DNA of 49,414 nucleotides from a virus (Duplodnaviria; Heunggongvirae; Uroviricota; Caudoviricetes): IMG/VR virus record IMGVR_UViG_3300027631_000003; one strand, 5' to 3'. Shown piece by piece: positions 8,603 to 18,379 of this stretch (position 1 is its first letter; each line of letters starts with the position of its first letter). The notes under the pieces were generated by a model. It saw only the letters and a program-made list of their open reading frames with translations, ran no database searches and was not told where the DNA came from. The position numbers and the translations under genes were made by a program.

Positions 8603-8812
8603 TTATGCTTCAATTACTGAAACAATATTTGATTTAGATGCTGATTTTACTTCAAAATCATTCTCACCACGTTCAGATAGATATTCTGTAATGCGTACTT
8701 CAGCTTCTGTAACTGACATTGCATCAACTAAATACGTTTCTGTTTGTTTTTTAATTTTACCTTTTGCGTCTTCAACTTCGAAAACGGCTTTCACTGTGAA
8801 ATATTGTGCCAT
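8603..8812 (-). CDS. DUF4494-like protein (Bacteroidota family)
   Basis: ETYLVDAMSVTEAEVRI motif. Confidence 0.75.
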   Translation of the reverse strand: MAQYFTVKAVFEVEDAKGKIKKQTETYLVDAMSVTEAEVRITEYLSERGENDFEVKSASKSNIVSVIEA

Positions 8813-8833
8813 ATATATTTTGTTTTATTTAAT

Positions 8834-8850
8834 TAAAGATAATAAGGAAA
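8834..8850 (-). promoter_or_regulatory. class A promoter motif
   Basis: TTTCCTTATTATCTTTA exact copy. Confidence 0.75.
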
Positions 8851-8851
8851 A

Positions 8852-9496
8852 TTATTTATTCCTAGCAATTAAGCTATTTTCTTCGGGTTCGTCATCTTCC
8901 CACAATCCAAGTGCTTTCATATTAGCGATTTGATCCTCGTCTAATTGCCAGTCAAAATCAACTTGCTTGGTTTCCTGATTTGATTCTATAGAACGTATTT
9001 GGTTGCCTGTAAGTACTTCACCTACATACAAGTAATAACAATTATAACATAACAATTGTAGATTTTCTAATCTATAATCTACTTTATTACCATTTCGAAA
9101 ATGCATCAGTAATGGCATTTTATAATCTGTAACTCGTCGTTCTGTAAAGTCACATATATCACAGCATTCTTTTAGATATCCTTCTTCGACTGCCCTGATT
9201 TTAATTTTCTCGGGTGTAAAGCTCTGCCAGCCGTCCTCACCTTCGAGTATAGCCTTAACATTCGGTTCTTTACGACGGTTAGGCAAGAATTTAGGAATAC
9301 CCACTCCGGTTTGGTTCTTATGTACCTCGAACAAAGTAGGAGAATTAGGATCGTTATCATCTATACGGTAGGACTTCATAAATGGCCATAAGTGCTGATA
9401 GGAACACCCCAAATAACGAGCCGCAGCTCGAATTGATTTGGTATGTCTCATAGCCCTTAATAGGTCCTCTTTATTAAACGGTTTAGCTTTAGCCAT
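8852..9496 (-). CDS. HTH plus degenerate HNH/Zn domain protein
   Basis: SIRAAARYLGCSY helix-turn-helix; CDIC...HFRNGN..DYRLENLQLLCYNC. Confidence 0.7.
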   Translation of the reverse strand: MAKAKPFNKEDLLRAMRHTKSIRAAARYLGCSYQHLWPFMKSYRIDDNDPNSPTLFEVHKNQTGVGIPKFLPNRRKEPNVKAILEGEDGWQSFTPEKIKIRAVEEGYLKECCDICDFTERRVTDYKMPLLMHFRNGNKVDYRLENLQLLCYNCYYLYVGEVLTGNQIRSIESNQETKQVDFDWQLDEDQIANMKALGLWEDDEPEENSLIARNK

Positions 9497-9497
9497 T

Positions 9498-9893
9498 TTA
9501 TAACAATTGTTTTACAGCTACCCACAGCTGTTCTGGGTTTGATATTTCACGTTCAACTCCCTTTACATCAGTATACGGGATAGAACCATCCATTTCTAAA
9601 CGATCATAACAGTAGTGAATAATTAATTCAGCAGCTTGTGTTCCAAACGATAAATAAATCAAATTATCGATGATTTGTAAATACATCTCATCATAATCTG
9701 ATAAATCAATTTTAAAGTCTGAATGTACTAATGTAGAACGATTGATTACTAATTCAATTTGTGTAATGATATTAATGAATAATTCATGTTTGATATCTTC
9801 ATTGTTCTTCTTACGACGTACTATTTTAGTGTTAGTACCAATAAGACCATTAATTTGGTTTTGAATTCCCTCAATCTCTTTATCTACGTTCAT
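9498..9893 (-). CDS. hypothetical protein
   Basis: 131 aa coupled ORF. Confidence 0.65.
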   Translation of the reverse strand: MNVDKEIEGIQNQINGLIGTNTKIVRRKKNNEDIKHELFINIITQIELVINRSTLVHSDFKIDLSDYDEMYLQIIDNLIYLSFGTQAAELIIHYCYDRLEMDGSIPYTDVKGVEREISNPEQLWVAVKQLL

Positions 9894-10198
9894 AACTTTT
9901 CTTTTAATTTTATAATTTCAGCACACGTTTCGTAATCTTCAAACTTTTCATAGTATGAGATTGACTTATTTAATGCGGATTCAAAATCTTGTTTGTCTAC
10001 TGTTAAATAATTTCCAGTTGAGTTAATTTCTATTATTTTAGCGTGTTTTAATTTACGCTTAATAGCTTCTCTAATCCCCCATACTGTTTGAGAATAAACA
10101 ATATCTTGTATTATTTCATTTTCTCCGATTACTGAGTAATCAGGTTCGCCGTCTCCGTTTATATTAAACTGTAGGTTCGGTATTACTCGTTTGCTCAT
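9890..10198 (-). CDS. protein with C-terminal UVR-like motif (possible paralog of 8216-8590)
   Basis: YEKFEDYETCAEIIKLKEKL. Confidence 0.55.
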   Translation of the reverse strand: MSKRVIPNLQFNINGDGEPDYSVIGENEIIQDIVYSQTVWGIREAIKRKLKHAKIIEINSTGNYLTVDKQDFESALNKSISYYEKFEDYETCAEIIKLKEKL

Positions 10199-10580
10199 CA
10201 GAATTAGGGTTTAAAATGTTTTTGATAAATAATTTAAAGCTCTCTAATCGGATTAAGAATCCAATTACATTCTGATATGGTACGTCTAAATCGGTATCAA
10301 CTGATAATCCAATATCGGCTAATCCTTTATTTAATTTGGTTTTTAATTTTTGGGTAATTTCTTCCTTCTTAGCCTCGTCTGTGCTTTGAGGAACGATGAA
10401 TTGAACTTTAATGCCCTTCTTAGTTGGATTCTTGTTCACATCTACTACCATCTTTAATCCACTATCTGGTGATTGAGGTGGAGTCATATCAACTGCTGGA
10501 GATGTTGGTTCAGCTGCTGTTACTTCTTCTCCTACCTCACCAATGATAGCTTTAATCTCGTCTTCTAATAAGTGATGCAT
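10164..10580 (-). CDS. hypothetical protein
   Basis: 138 aa ORF downstream of promoter motifs at 10602-10620. Confidence 0.65.
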   Translation of the reverse strand: MHHLLEDEIKAIIGEVGEEVTAAEPTSPAVDMTPPQSPDSGLKMVVDVNKNPTKKGIKVQFIVPQSTDEAKKEEITQKLKTKLNKGLADIGLSVDTDLDVPYQNVIGFLIRLESFKLFIKNILNPNSDEQTSNTEPTV

Positions 10581-10617
10581 ATTTTAGTATTTATTTTCAT
10601 ACATAAATATAATAAAG

Positions 10618-10642
10618 AAAGGCCCTAGAAACTAGGACCTTT
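10618..10642 (-). terminator. intrinsic terminator
   Basis: AAAGGTCCTAG-TTT-CTAGGGCCTTT followed by CTTT. Confidence 0.7.
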
Positions 10643-10660
10643 AACTTTAATCGTGTGTTA

Positions 10661-11044
10661 TTACTTCTTCTTAGGATAGTAACGACGCTTCTTCTTAACT
10701 GGTTTAGGAGCTTCAACTACTGGGGCAACTTCAACAACTGGAGCTACAGGAGCTACTTCAACTGCAGGTGTTTGTTCTTCAACAACCTCTACTTTTGGAG
10801 CCTTTACTTCGGGAGCAGGTACAGCAGCTAATGCTTCGTCAATCTTTTTAGTCATTTTGTCTAACTTTTTATCGATTTTTAAAGCAGCTTGTTGAGCTTC
10901 CTTTAACTTAGCTTCTGTTTCATCAAATGATGGATTAGAAGCGGCAACATCCTCTTGTGAAAGAGTAACGGTCTGCGTTTGCTTACTAGCAAAGTACCAG
11001 ATGGCACCAGCAAGACCTAACAACACTAAAATTGCAATTAACAT
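10661..11044 (-). CDS. membrane-anchored protein with Ala/Pro/Val/Glu linker and basic tail
   Basis: N-terminal TM; VEVAPV repeats; KKKRRYYPKKK. Confidence 0.7.
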   Translation of the reverse strand: MLIAILVLLGLAGAIWYFASKQTQTVTLSQEDVAASNPSFDETEAKLKEAQQAALKIDKKLDKMTKKIDEALAAVPAPEVKAPKVEVVEEQTPAVEVAPVAPVVEVAPVVEAPKPVKKKRRYYPKKK

Positions 11045-11069
11045 AATTGTTTGGGTTTTGGTTTAAAAT

Positions 11070-11306
11070 TTAATCTTCAAATAAACTGATAATATAAGCA
11101 TATGTAACTACACCACATATCATAAGTAACAATATTGCTAATACTACTTCTGGAAGTCCAGGTATTAGTAAAAACTTTTTGTATTTTGATTTATACCATC
11201 CATTATTATCAACTTCTTCTAATAATGAATGAGTAATGTGAGCTATAATAACGTGAACCATTAAGGCTACAAATATAAGAAAGGCAAGCATTAAGTAGTA
11301 AAACAT
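11070..11306 (-). CDS. two-TM membrane protein
   Basis: Likely start MFYYL at 11306, abutting upstream ORF. Confidence 0.6.
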   Translation of the reverse strand: MFYYLMLAFLIFVALMVHVIIAHITHSLLEEVDNNGWYKSKYKKFLLIPGLPEVVLAILLLMICGVVTYAYIISLFED

Positions 11307-11307
11307 A

Positions 11308-11484
11308 TTATTCGTCTTTATGTTGTTTGGTTGTGTTATGATAAATAAAGAATGTAAGTAATACCCATCCGAATTTAGATGAATCAGTCCAATCAACTAG
11401 AGCAACATCATAATTAATTAATGTAAATACTCCAAATGAAAGTAACATTGCTACGACTGCGTATTGTAATAAAACTTTATTCAT
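11308..11484 (-). CDS. small two-TM protein (58 aa)
   Basis: Manual translation MNKVLLQYAVVAMLLSFGVF...; promoter variant at 11489-11505. Confidence 0.55.
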   Translation of the reverse strand: MNKVLLQYAVVAMLLSFGVFTLINYDVALVDWTDSSKFGWVLLTFFIYHNTTKQHKDE

Positions 11485-11511
11485 AATGTAAACTTAATAA
11501 GGACATTTTAC

Positions 11512-12276
11512 TTAGACAAATATTCTGTTAGTTTGGGAATCTCGTTTCATATAACCACCCCATTTGTATCTAAATGCTTCATGACACATTTGTTCTTTAT
11601 GTACTGCTTCTTGAATACGTTCTTCTGATTTAGTACCTACGGAAACAAAATGGTAAAACGAAATATTATGTAAACGAATACTTCCTATATTATTTAAATT
11701 ACATTTCATAAAGAATTCACAATCAACAACCCAACCACCTGGATATGATTCATCCCATCCACCTACTCTTAAATAATCTTGTTTAGACATGAATATAGGT
11801 AAGGTTGAACCACTTATGTCCTTAACCATTTTAGATGATTTAACTTCAAATACTCTAAATGCTTTTAAATCAAATGTTTTAGGATCACGTCCTAAATCCT
11901 TAATTATAAATTGATTAAATATACTTGGAATCGGTTCAATTTGATTAGGGGCATAAACAGCACCTGGGGCATATTGTGATTCTAATCTTACATCCCACTC
12001 AATAGGAAATACATTATCATCATTTACAATTAAAATTAAATCGTTAGACGCATTATAAACACCTAAATTAGTTGCTCGAGCTAATCCTACGTTTTGTTTT
12101 AAATCAAGTACTGAAATATCATCTTGGTATTTGTATAGTACTTCTTTATTTTCTTCGTAGAATCCATCTACAACAACAATAATTTCATTTCTATTTGTTT
12201 GACCTTCAATAGCTGATCTTAAACATAAATCAAGTACTTCTGGTTCTCTGTAAGTTGGGATTATAACTGATATCAT
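11512..12276 (-). CDS. GT2 glycosyltransferase
   Basis: MISVIIPTY, IIVVVDG, IVNDD, VGGWDE. Confidence 0.85.
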   Translation of the reverse strand: MISVIIPTYREPEVLDLCLRSAIEGQTNRNEIIVVVDGFYEENKEVLYKYQDDISVLDLKQNVGLARATNLGVYNASNDLILIVNDDNVFPIEWDVRLESQYAPGAVYAPNQIEPIPSIFNQFIIKDLGRDPKTFDLKAFRVFEVKSSKMVKDISGSTLPIFMSKQDYLRVGGWDESYPGGWVVDCEFFMKCNLNNIGSIRLHNISFYHFVSVGTKSEERIQEAVHKEQMCHEAFRYKWGGYMKRDSQTNRIFV

Positions 12277-12956
12277 ATTTTTGACCAATCGATTAAGGGT
12301 GTTAACCAAGCTGTTTCGCCGTGAGTTGAATAGCCTGGTATTGGAGTAACTAAGTAATGAGCTGAATTGTATAATGAGACAAACATGTCGAAATCACGGG
12401 GATAACTGCCTTGAGTATATTCACGCAATACATTTTCCGTCTTACGAAGTGTCTTCACTTTAGACGCGAATGTCATCGTTGTTGAATTAGTTACTTTCCA
12501 ATGAGATGATGTAGATAACATAACACGAGTCATTTCACCCCCACCTTGTACATATGGATTAGCACCATCAATATATTTGTCTGGATGGTCATATAATGAA
12601 ACAAAATCGGCTCCAATTTCATTTAATCCTTCTTCAATTATTTTTTGTGAGCCGGGTTTGTGTAAATAATCATTTTCACAGAAGTATACTATTTCATTAT
12701 CGTCATAACCTAATGCTTCAGTTAAAGCAATATTAAATGTACCAGCACCATGACCTACTGAAGTGTAGAAGATATTATCTTTAGATACATACTCTTGAAT
12801 CATGTTATCTGTTTTTTCAGATACATTATCGGCAATAATAGACCAATCAGCATCGTTAAACACATTAACTGCGTTCCATAAACAGTTTCTATTATTGATG
12901 TATTTAGGTTTTACTTTACTATAACCTGCATCTGATATTCTATAAATAATTTTCAT
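12273..12956 (-). CDS. GT-A fold glycosyltransferase-like protein
   Basis: IIADN, YFCENDYLH; cluster context. Confidence 0.6.
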   Translation of the reverse strand: MKIIYRISDAGYSKVKPKYINNRNCLWNAVNVFNDADWSIIADNVSEKTDNMIQEYVSKDNIFYTSVGHGAGTFNIALTEALGYDDNEIVYFCENDYLHKPGSQKIIEEGLNEIGADFVSLYDHPDKYIDGANPYVQGGGEMTRVMLSTSSHWKVTNSTTMTFASKVKTLRKTENVLREYTQGSYPRDFDMFVSLYNSAHYLVTPIPGYSTHGETAWLTPLIDWSKI

Positions 12957-12969
12957 ATTTTAAATATAA

Positions 12970-14043
12970 TTAAGAAAGAAGTAATTTAGATTGATGTAAA
13001 GCAGAAGCAATAACTTGATGCATATCATAATACTTGTAATCAGCTAATCGTCCTCCAAATATTATTCTTTCTTCCATGTTCATTAATTCCCTATATAGGT
13101 TATATCTATTGTTGTTTGCTTCATCATTTATTGGATAATATGGTTCACCTTCAGTAGTTGGATATTCACGAGTAATAACAGTATGTTTTTGTTTACCAAA
13201 TTCAAAATGTTTATGTTCTACAATTCGAGTATATGGTACACTAGTTTCAGTATAATTTATAGCAGCGTTGCCTTGATAATCACTTATATCTAAACGTTCG
13301 CTTTCAAAACGTAATGAACGATATTCTAATTTACCAAACTCATAATCATAAAATTTATCAACAGGACCTGTATAGATTACTTTATTATGTTCTGGTAGTG
13401 TATCTTTAAAATAGTCTACATTGAGTTGAGTATCAATACCATCTAATAGTTTTTCAAATATTTGAGTATAACCACCTATTGGTATACCTTGATACTTATC
13501 ATTAAAATAATTATCATCATATGTCAATCTAATAGGTAATCGTTTAATAATTGAAGCGGGTAATTGTTTTGGATCACGTCCCCATTGTTTAGTAGTATAT
13601 CCTTTAATGAATTTTTCATACAATTTAACTCCTACCTGAGATATTATCCATTCTTCCAGATTGTTTGGTTTATTATTAGGTACTCGTTCTAATTCAAGTA
13701 TTGACTCAGCTTGTTGGGGTGTTGTAACTCCATACATCTGATATAATGTCATTAAATTGATTGGGAATGAATAGATATTACTACCATATTTAACTTTAGG
13801 TCTGTAAGTAAAGTGATTAAATTCAGCATATTGGTTTACATAATCCCACACTTGTTTATTATTAGTATGAAATATATGAGGACCATAAGTATGAACATTG
13901 ATTCCATCTACATCAGTAGTATAACAATTTCCACCAATGTGGTCTCGTTTATCTATTACTAATACTTTTTTACCAGCATTAGTTAATTCACGTGCACAAA
14001 TACTTCCAAATAAACCAGCCCCTACAATTAGATAATCGTACAT
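12970..14043 (-). CDS. glf: UDP-galactopyranose mutase
   Basis: GAGLFG, HIGGNCY, YGPHIFHT, YQGIP, PYYP, GRLADYKYYDM. Confidence 0.95.
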   Translation of the reverse strand: MYDYLIVGAGLFGSICARELTNAGKKVLVIDKRDHIGGNCYTTDVDGINVHTYGPHIFHTNNKQVWDYVNQYAEFNHFTYRPKVKYGSNIYSFPINLMTLYQMYGVTTPQQAESILELERVPNNKPNNLEEWIISQVGVKLYEKFIKGYTTKQWGRDPKQLPASIIKRLPIRLTYDDNYFNDKYQGIPIGGYTQIFEKLLDGIDTQLNVDYFKDTLPEHNKVIYTGPVDKFYDYEFGKLEYRSLRFESERLDISDYQGNAAINYTETSVPYTRIVEHKHFEFGKQKHTVITREYPTTEGEPYYPINDEANNNRYNLYRELMNMEERIIFGGRLADYKYYDMHQVIASALHQSKLLLS

Positions 14044-15017
14044 GAATTTTTAACTTGGTTATTAAATGTTTCGACCTCTGCTTTAATTACTTTTCTATAT
14101 AAATTAAAGTTATTGAAATGTATTTCAAAATTATCAAATATATCCTTAATTAATTCACTTACACCTTCAACTGTATCATCAAATTTATACTGTGGGTCAA
14201 TCATTATATCTTGAAAAAAACGAGCACTACCATTAAATGATGTTATTAAAGCACATCCACAAGTTACTGCCTCACGTGGGAATTTATCTTTACCTGGATG
14301 ATGTCCAAAATCAATATATAATTTACTTTTAAGCATTAATTCACGTAATTGATCCCTATCCATATTAATTAACGGAATAAATTCAATATCCGGATTTTCA
14401 TCCATTAATTGTTTAGTTATTTCAATACCTTTTTTAGGGTTATACAAAACAACATTATCTCTATTTTTATGAGTTATATCTGTAATGTAATCTCTGTTAA
14501 TATAATCGAATAATGGATAAACATATTGAGCACCATGATTAAGTAAGAACCAATAGGCGTATTGTGATTGATAAAAGTGGTGAACTCCTAAATATTCGGG
14601 TTGAGTCAATTTTAAATGGAAATCTCGTTGGTCTGTACCTAAAGCATTAGCTACACTTAACCACCATATTGATTTTTGAACGTTTAAATAACCATCTAAC
14701 ACATCAGGCCATATTTCAGGAATAATGATTAAATTATCTTCATTATCGTCTACTTCACTAACTACATCGTCTTGTGAAATATATTTACTATATGCTAATG
14801 GAACACCAATATTTATTTTATGATTTTCGGTAGAAATAATTTTCTTCCAATCACTTCTGTGTTGGGGATGAATATCTGGATGGATTAATACCATTTTAGC
14901 ATTTACTCCTAATTCTTTATAGGTAGAGCATAAAGCATATAAACACTCTATACCTCCAGTTTCAATATTAGATGGAGCGAAAACATATACTGTTGAGTTT
15001 TTATTTAAATTAATCAT
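14028..15017 (-). CDS. GT-B-like glycosyltransferase
   Basis: TGGIECL, IIPEIW, YNPKKG, YIDFGHHPGKDKFPREA. Confidence 0.65.
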   Translation of the reverse strand: MINLNKNSTVYVFAPSNIETGGIECLYALCSTYKELGVNAKMVLIHPDIHPQHRSDWKKIISTENHKINIGVPLAYSKYISQDDVVSEVDDNEDNLIIIPEIWPDVLDGYLNVQKSIWWLSVANALGTDQRDFHLKLTQPEYLGVHHFYQSQYAYWFLLNHGAQYVYPLFDYINRDYITDITHKNRDNVVLYNPKKGIEITKQLMDENPDIEFIPLINMDRDQLRELMLKSKLYIDFGHHPGKDKFPREAVTCGCALITSFNGSARFFQDIMIDPQYKFDDTVEGVSELIKDIFDNFEIHFNNFNLYRKVIKAEVETFNNQVKNSCTII

Positions 15018-15870
15018 TCCATTCTTTAATTTTAGTTTCAATAAAATCCATCATTGCTTGGGGTTTTTCATGACCTATAAAATGAATTACTTTAGATTTA
15101 AGTAAGTGTTCCATATCAACCCAATAAGGAAACACATAATATTCTTCTGGGTTTAATATTTGGTGATTTGGGCTTAAAGCATTCATTAATGAATGAAATG
15201 ATTGTTCCTGAGTATCTAAGATAGTTCGAGTCCATCCTGTTTTTTCGGTTCCATCTTCATTGTATATTCCTGTAAAATCAAAACATTCAATTAACATATT
15301 AAATGTGTTTGGATTTAAAAAATTATCAAATATACTTAAATCTAATCCTTTAAAACCAGCATTAATACCAGCGTTAGTATACTTTACTACATTTTGGCCA
15401 AATAAATTAGTTAGTGATTGAGCTAATGCTTTATCACAACCAGCGTTTGCGGGTTCAATAATACCAAATGGTGTTTTGGTTTGTAAATAATTATCTAATT
15501 GTGTTAAATCATCATTATTAAAAATAACATCATACTCAATTAACAATGAATAATCATAGCATAACACACGTCTTAAATAATGATTGATAATAATATGATA
15601 GAAATGAATAAAATTAGGTATTTTACTAATTAATTCATCAGACGCGTAATTATTTTGTTTCAAATAATTAGTCATATCTTCTTTTGAATACCAAATACAT
15701 TTAAATGGTAATGCATCAATTTTATCTGACCATTCATCATGAAATGTAGGTTGGTCTAAAATGATATGGAATTCAAAATTAATATTAGGAAAATACTTTT
15801 GTAATTGGAGCATTGTATAATACTCTAATTTGCCTTTTTTATGCCATAATCTCGAAACTGGTATTACCAT
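15010..15870 (-). CDS. GT-A (GT8-like) glycosyltransferase
   Basis: EYDVIF, INAG, QEQS, VIHFIGHEKP. Confidence 0.6.
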   Translation of the reverse strand: MVIPVSRLWHKKGKLEYYTMLQLQKYFPNINFEFHIILDQPTFHDEWSDKIDALPFKCIWYSKEDMTNYLKQNNYASDELISKIPNFIHFYHIIINHYLRRVLCYDYSLLIEYDVIFNNDDLTQLDNYLQTKTPFGIIEPANAGCDKALAQSLTNLFGQNVVKYTNAGINAGFKGLDLSIFDNFLNPNTFNMLIECFDFTGIYNEDGTEKTGWTRTILDTQEQSFHSLMNALSPNHQILNPEEYYVFPYWVDMEHLLKSKVIHFIGHEKPQAMMDFIETKIKEWND

Positions 15871-15871
15871 T

Positions 15872-16435
15872 TTATAATTTTTTATAAACGATGAATTCTC
15901 TTCTATTTTTAATAATTTCCATGTTTGGAACTATTTCATTTGATAATTGTTCTTGCCACCATGGAGCAATATCTTCAATAATATATAATCCTCCAGTTTT
16001 TAACGATTTAGAAAGTTCATGTATTGAGGTTATTTGATGAGCAACATCATGTGAACCATCATCAATAATAAAATCAAATTCTACCTTAACTTCATCAATA
16101 AATGATTTTAAACTATCTGTTGATGATTGATCAACAACATATGTTTTAATTCTGTCGTCCTCAAACATAACATCTTCTAAAATATCAACGGCGTATACAG
16201 TAGCATTTGGAAAAAAATCACGCCATGCTTTTATACTCGCTCCGGGGATATAATTACTAACATATGGATTCATTAATGGAGCGTTTCCAATCCCAATTTC
16301 TAACATATTAGTAAGAGTATGTTTGATTGGATTTAATAATTCAAAGTAATCAACTGAGTAATTGTGACCAATTGCCTCGCATTTATCTGCTCTATATTCT
16401 TCAAATAGTAAGCATAATTCGGTTTTTTCTGCCAT
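15872..16435 (-). CDS. class I SAM-dependent methyltransferase (sugar O-methyltransferase-like)
   Basis: LEIGIG, FDFIIDDGSH, GGLYIIED. Confidence 0.85.
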   Translation of the reverse strand: MAEKTELCLLFEEYRADKCEAIGHNYSVDYFELLNPIKHTLTNMLEIGIGNAPLMNPYVSNYIPGASIKAWRDFFPNATVYAVDILEDVMFEDDRIKTYVVDQSSTDSLKSFIDEVKVEFDFIIDDGSHDVAHQITSIHELSKSLKTGGLYIIEDIAPWWQEQLSNEIVPNMEIIKNRREFIVYKKL

Positions 16436-16436
16436 T

Positions 16437-17324
16437 TTATTTTAATGTATCTAAGTATTCGTGTAAGCAAACTTTCCAATTCCTCATATAATTTCTATCT
16501 AAATCATTAAGTGATTTATTAATTAATTTTTCTGAGTATGGGCGAGGTGCAAAATAATCTACTGCAAAATGATTACTATCAACTTTATTAATAGTTAATC
16601 CTAAATTTAAGTATTCATTAATAGCTACTGCTGTATCATATCTACTAGCTTCACCCTGACTTACCATATTATATAAACCATAAGGTAAATCTTCATTAAT
16701 ATGATTTAAAATTGATTGAGCAAAGTCTTTAGTGTATGTTGGTACTCCTAATTTATCATCTACTACAAATAATTCTTTAGCTCCTGATTCAATTTGTTTT
16801 AAAATCTTATTAACAAATTTTTTATCTTTAGCTCTACCACCTCCCATCATCCAACCAGCTCTAAAAATCCAATACTTTTCATATTGTTGATTTTGTAATA
16901 GTTGTTCTGTGTAGTATTTACTTTTACCATAAGCACTTAATGGGTATGGGGTATCTTGTTCTGTATAAAATTCTTTATCATTACCAAAAATACCTGCTGT
17001 ACTAATAAAAACGTATGGAATGTTTCTATCTTTAGCTAAATTAAATAAATGGATAGCAGCGATTGTATTAGTTAAATAACAATCATCTTTTTCGATTTCA
17101 CAATATTCTAAATCAACTAAAGCAGCAAAATTTAAAATAATATCAGGATTGAATTCATTAATTACTTGTGATGTATGAGCTAAATCTCTTATGTCACAAA
17201 AAGTAATATTATCTTCAATTTCTTTATCAGTTAATAAATAATCGGAAGTATCTGTAATATTTTGTAGTGTAGTACCTAACATACCATTAGCACCAGCTAT
17301 GAATATTTTTTTAAAGTGTGTCAT
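16437..17324 (-). CDS. rfbD: dTDP-4-dehydrorhamnose reductase family SDR
   Basis: GANGMLG, YGKSK, DKLGVPTY, APRP. Confidence 0.85.
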   Translation of the reverse strand: MTHFKKIFIAGANGMLGTTLQNITDTSDYLLTDKEIEDNITFCDIRDLAHTSQVINEFNPDIILNFAALVDLEYCEIEKDDCYLTNTIAAIHLFNLAKDRNIPYVFISTAGIFGNDKEFYTEQDTPYPLSAYGKSKYYTEQLLQNQQYEKYWIFRAGWMMGGGRAKDKKFVNKILKQIESGAKELFVVDDKLGVPTYTKDFAQSILNHINEDLPYGLYNMVSQGEASRYDTAVAINEYLNLGLTINKVDSNHFAVDYFAPRPYSEKLINKSLNDLDRNYMRNWKVCLHEYLDTLK

Positions 17325-17943
17325 AATATGCGTTTTGTTTTTCCTGACGTTTAATATCTTTATGATGCCATAAAAATAATTCAGCTGGAATATATGAAAG
17401 AGATCCATATCCTTCAAGTACTTCATGTACTTTATTCTTCCATCTTATAACACCATTATTTTTAAATATACGGTGCTGCCAATCTGGAAAGTTGATTAGA
17501 TCTTTATTATCAATTTTTTGTACATTCCATCCCCATTTATCGATATGTTCTTGAGTTAACCCATCTACTGTATTACGTCGGGCAATATAAAATGATTCTG
17601 CTAGTCCTCGATTCGATTCAAATATAGCTGGTAAATATGCCCAAAATTCTTTAGATGGTAATTCATCAGCATCAATTTGAACAATATAATCACCTGTACA
17701 ATATTCTAGGAATTGGTTCTTCCAATCTGCAAAATGACCATTAAAATCTAATTTACGCCACGTTTGCACATTTGGTAATTTATTGAATGAAAGTAGGTAC
17801 TCTAATACTTCCGGAGTACCATTTTTTTCATCATACAAGATAACGATTTCATCTTGTACTTGTTTATTTTCTAGTAAGCTAGGAAGGAGTTGTTTTATCT
17901 CCTCTAATTCATTACATACTGTTACAGCAAAACTAAACTTCAT
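17311..17943 (-). CDS. GT2 glycosyltransferase
   Basis: FAVTVCNE, QIDADE, VHE. Confidence 0.85.
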   Translation of the reverse strand: MKFSFAVTVCNELEEIKQLLPSLLENKQVQDEIVILYDEKNGTPEVLEYLLSFNKLPNVQTWRKLDFNGHFADWKNQFLEYCTGDYIVQIDADELPSKEFWAYLPAIFESNRGLAESFYIARRNTVDGLTQEHIDKWGWNVQKIDNKDLINFPDWQHRIFKNNGVIRWKNKVHEVLEGYGSLSYIPAELFLWHHKDIKRQEKQNAYYDTL

Positions 17944-18379
17944 CGTCATTTTTAATTAAAATTGAATAAGCATACAAAGCAGCTGGAAACATCATATTAG
18001 GATATACAACTGAGTTGGTCATATCTAATTTGTGGGTTTGACCAACTAATGCTTTATCATTCTCTCCAATTAGAATATATTTAGCAACCCTCCATCCCCA
18101 ATTATCTGCGTTTTTGCCATCTGGAAATAACATAGCTTGATTTTGTTCATTTAGTACTGTTGGGTACCAAACAAATCCACTATCATCAATTAGTTTTAAA
18201 TCTTTAAATAATTCTGGTTGTGATTCAAATATTGATTTTTCTACATCAGAACCATCTACCATACCTTCATTAGTTTGGTATCCACAATTTTGACAAATAC
18301 GAGTATCAACCCCTTTCATTTTAAGTGCTACTACTGATTTATCAGTTCCACAAATAGGGCAATCAAACATTTCTTCCAT
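17933..18379 (-). CDS. Zn-ribbon protein
   Basis: CPIC...CQNC. Confidence 0.6.
   Translation of the reverse strand: MEEMFDCPICGTDKSVVALKMKGVDTRICQNCGYQTNEGMVDGSDVEKSIFESQPELFKDLKLIDDSGFVWYPTVLNEQNQAMLFPDGKNADNWGWRVAKYILIGENDKALVGQTHKLDMTNSVVYPNMMFPAALYAYSILIKNDDEV

Noticed and set aside
11340-11348. Additional class B motif
   Set aside because: Imperfect and lies inside the 11308-11484 coding region
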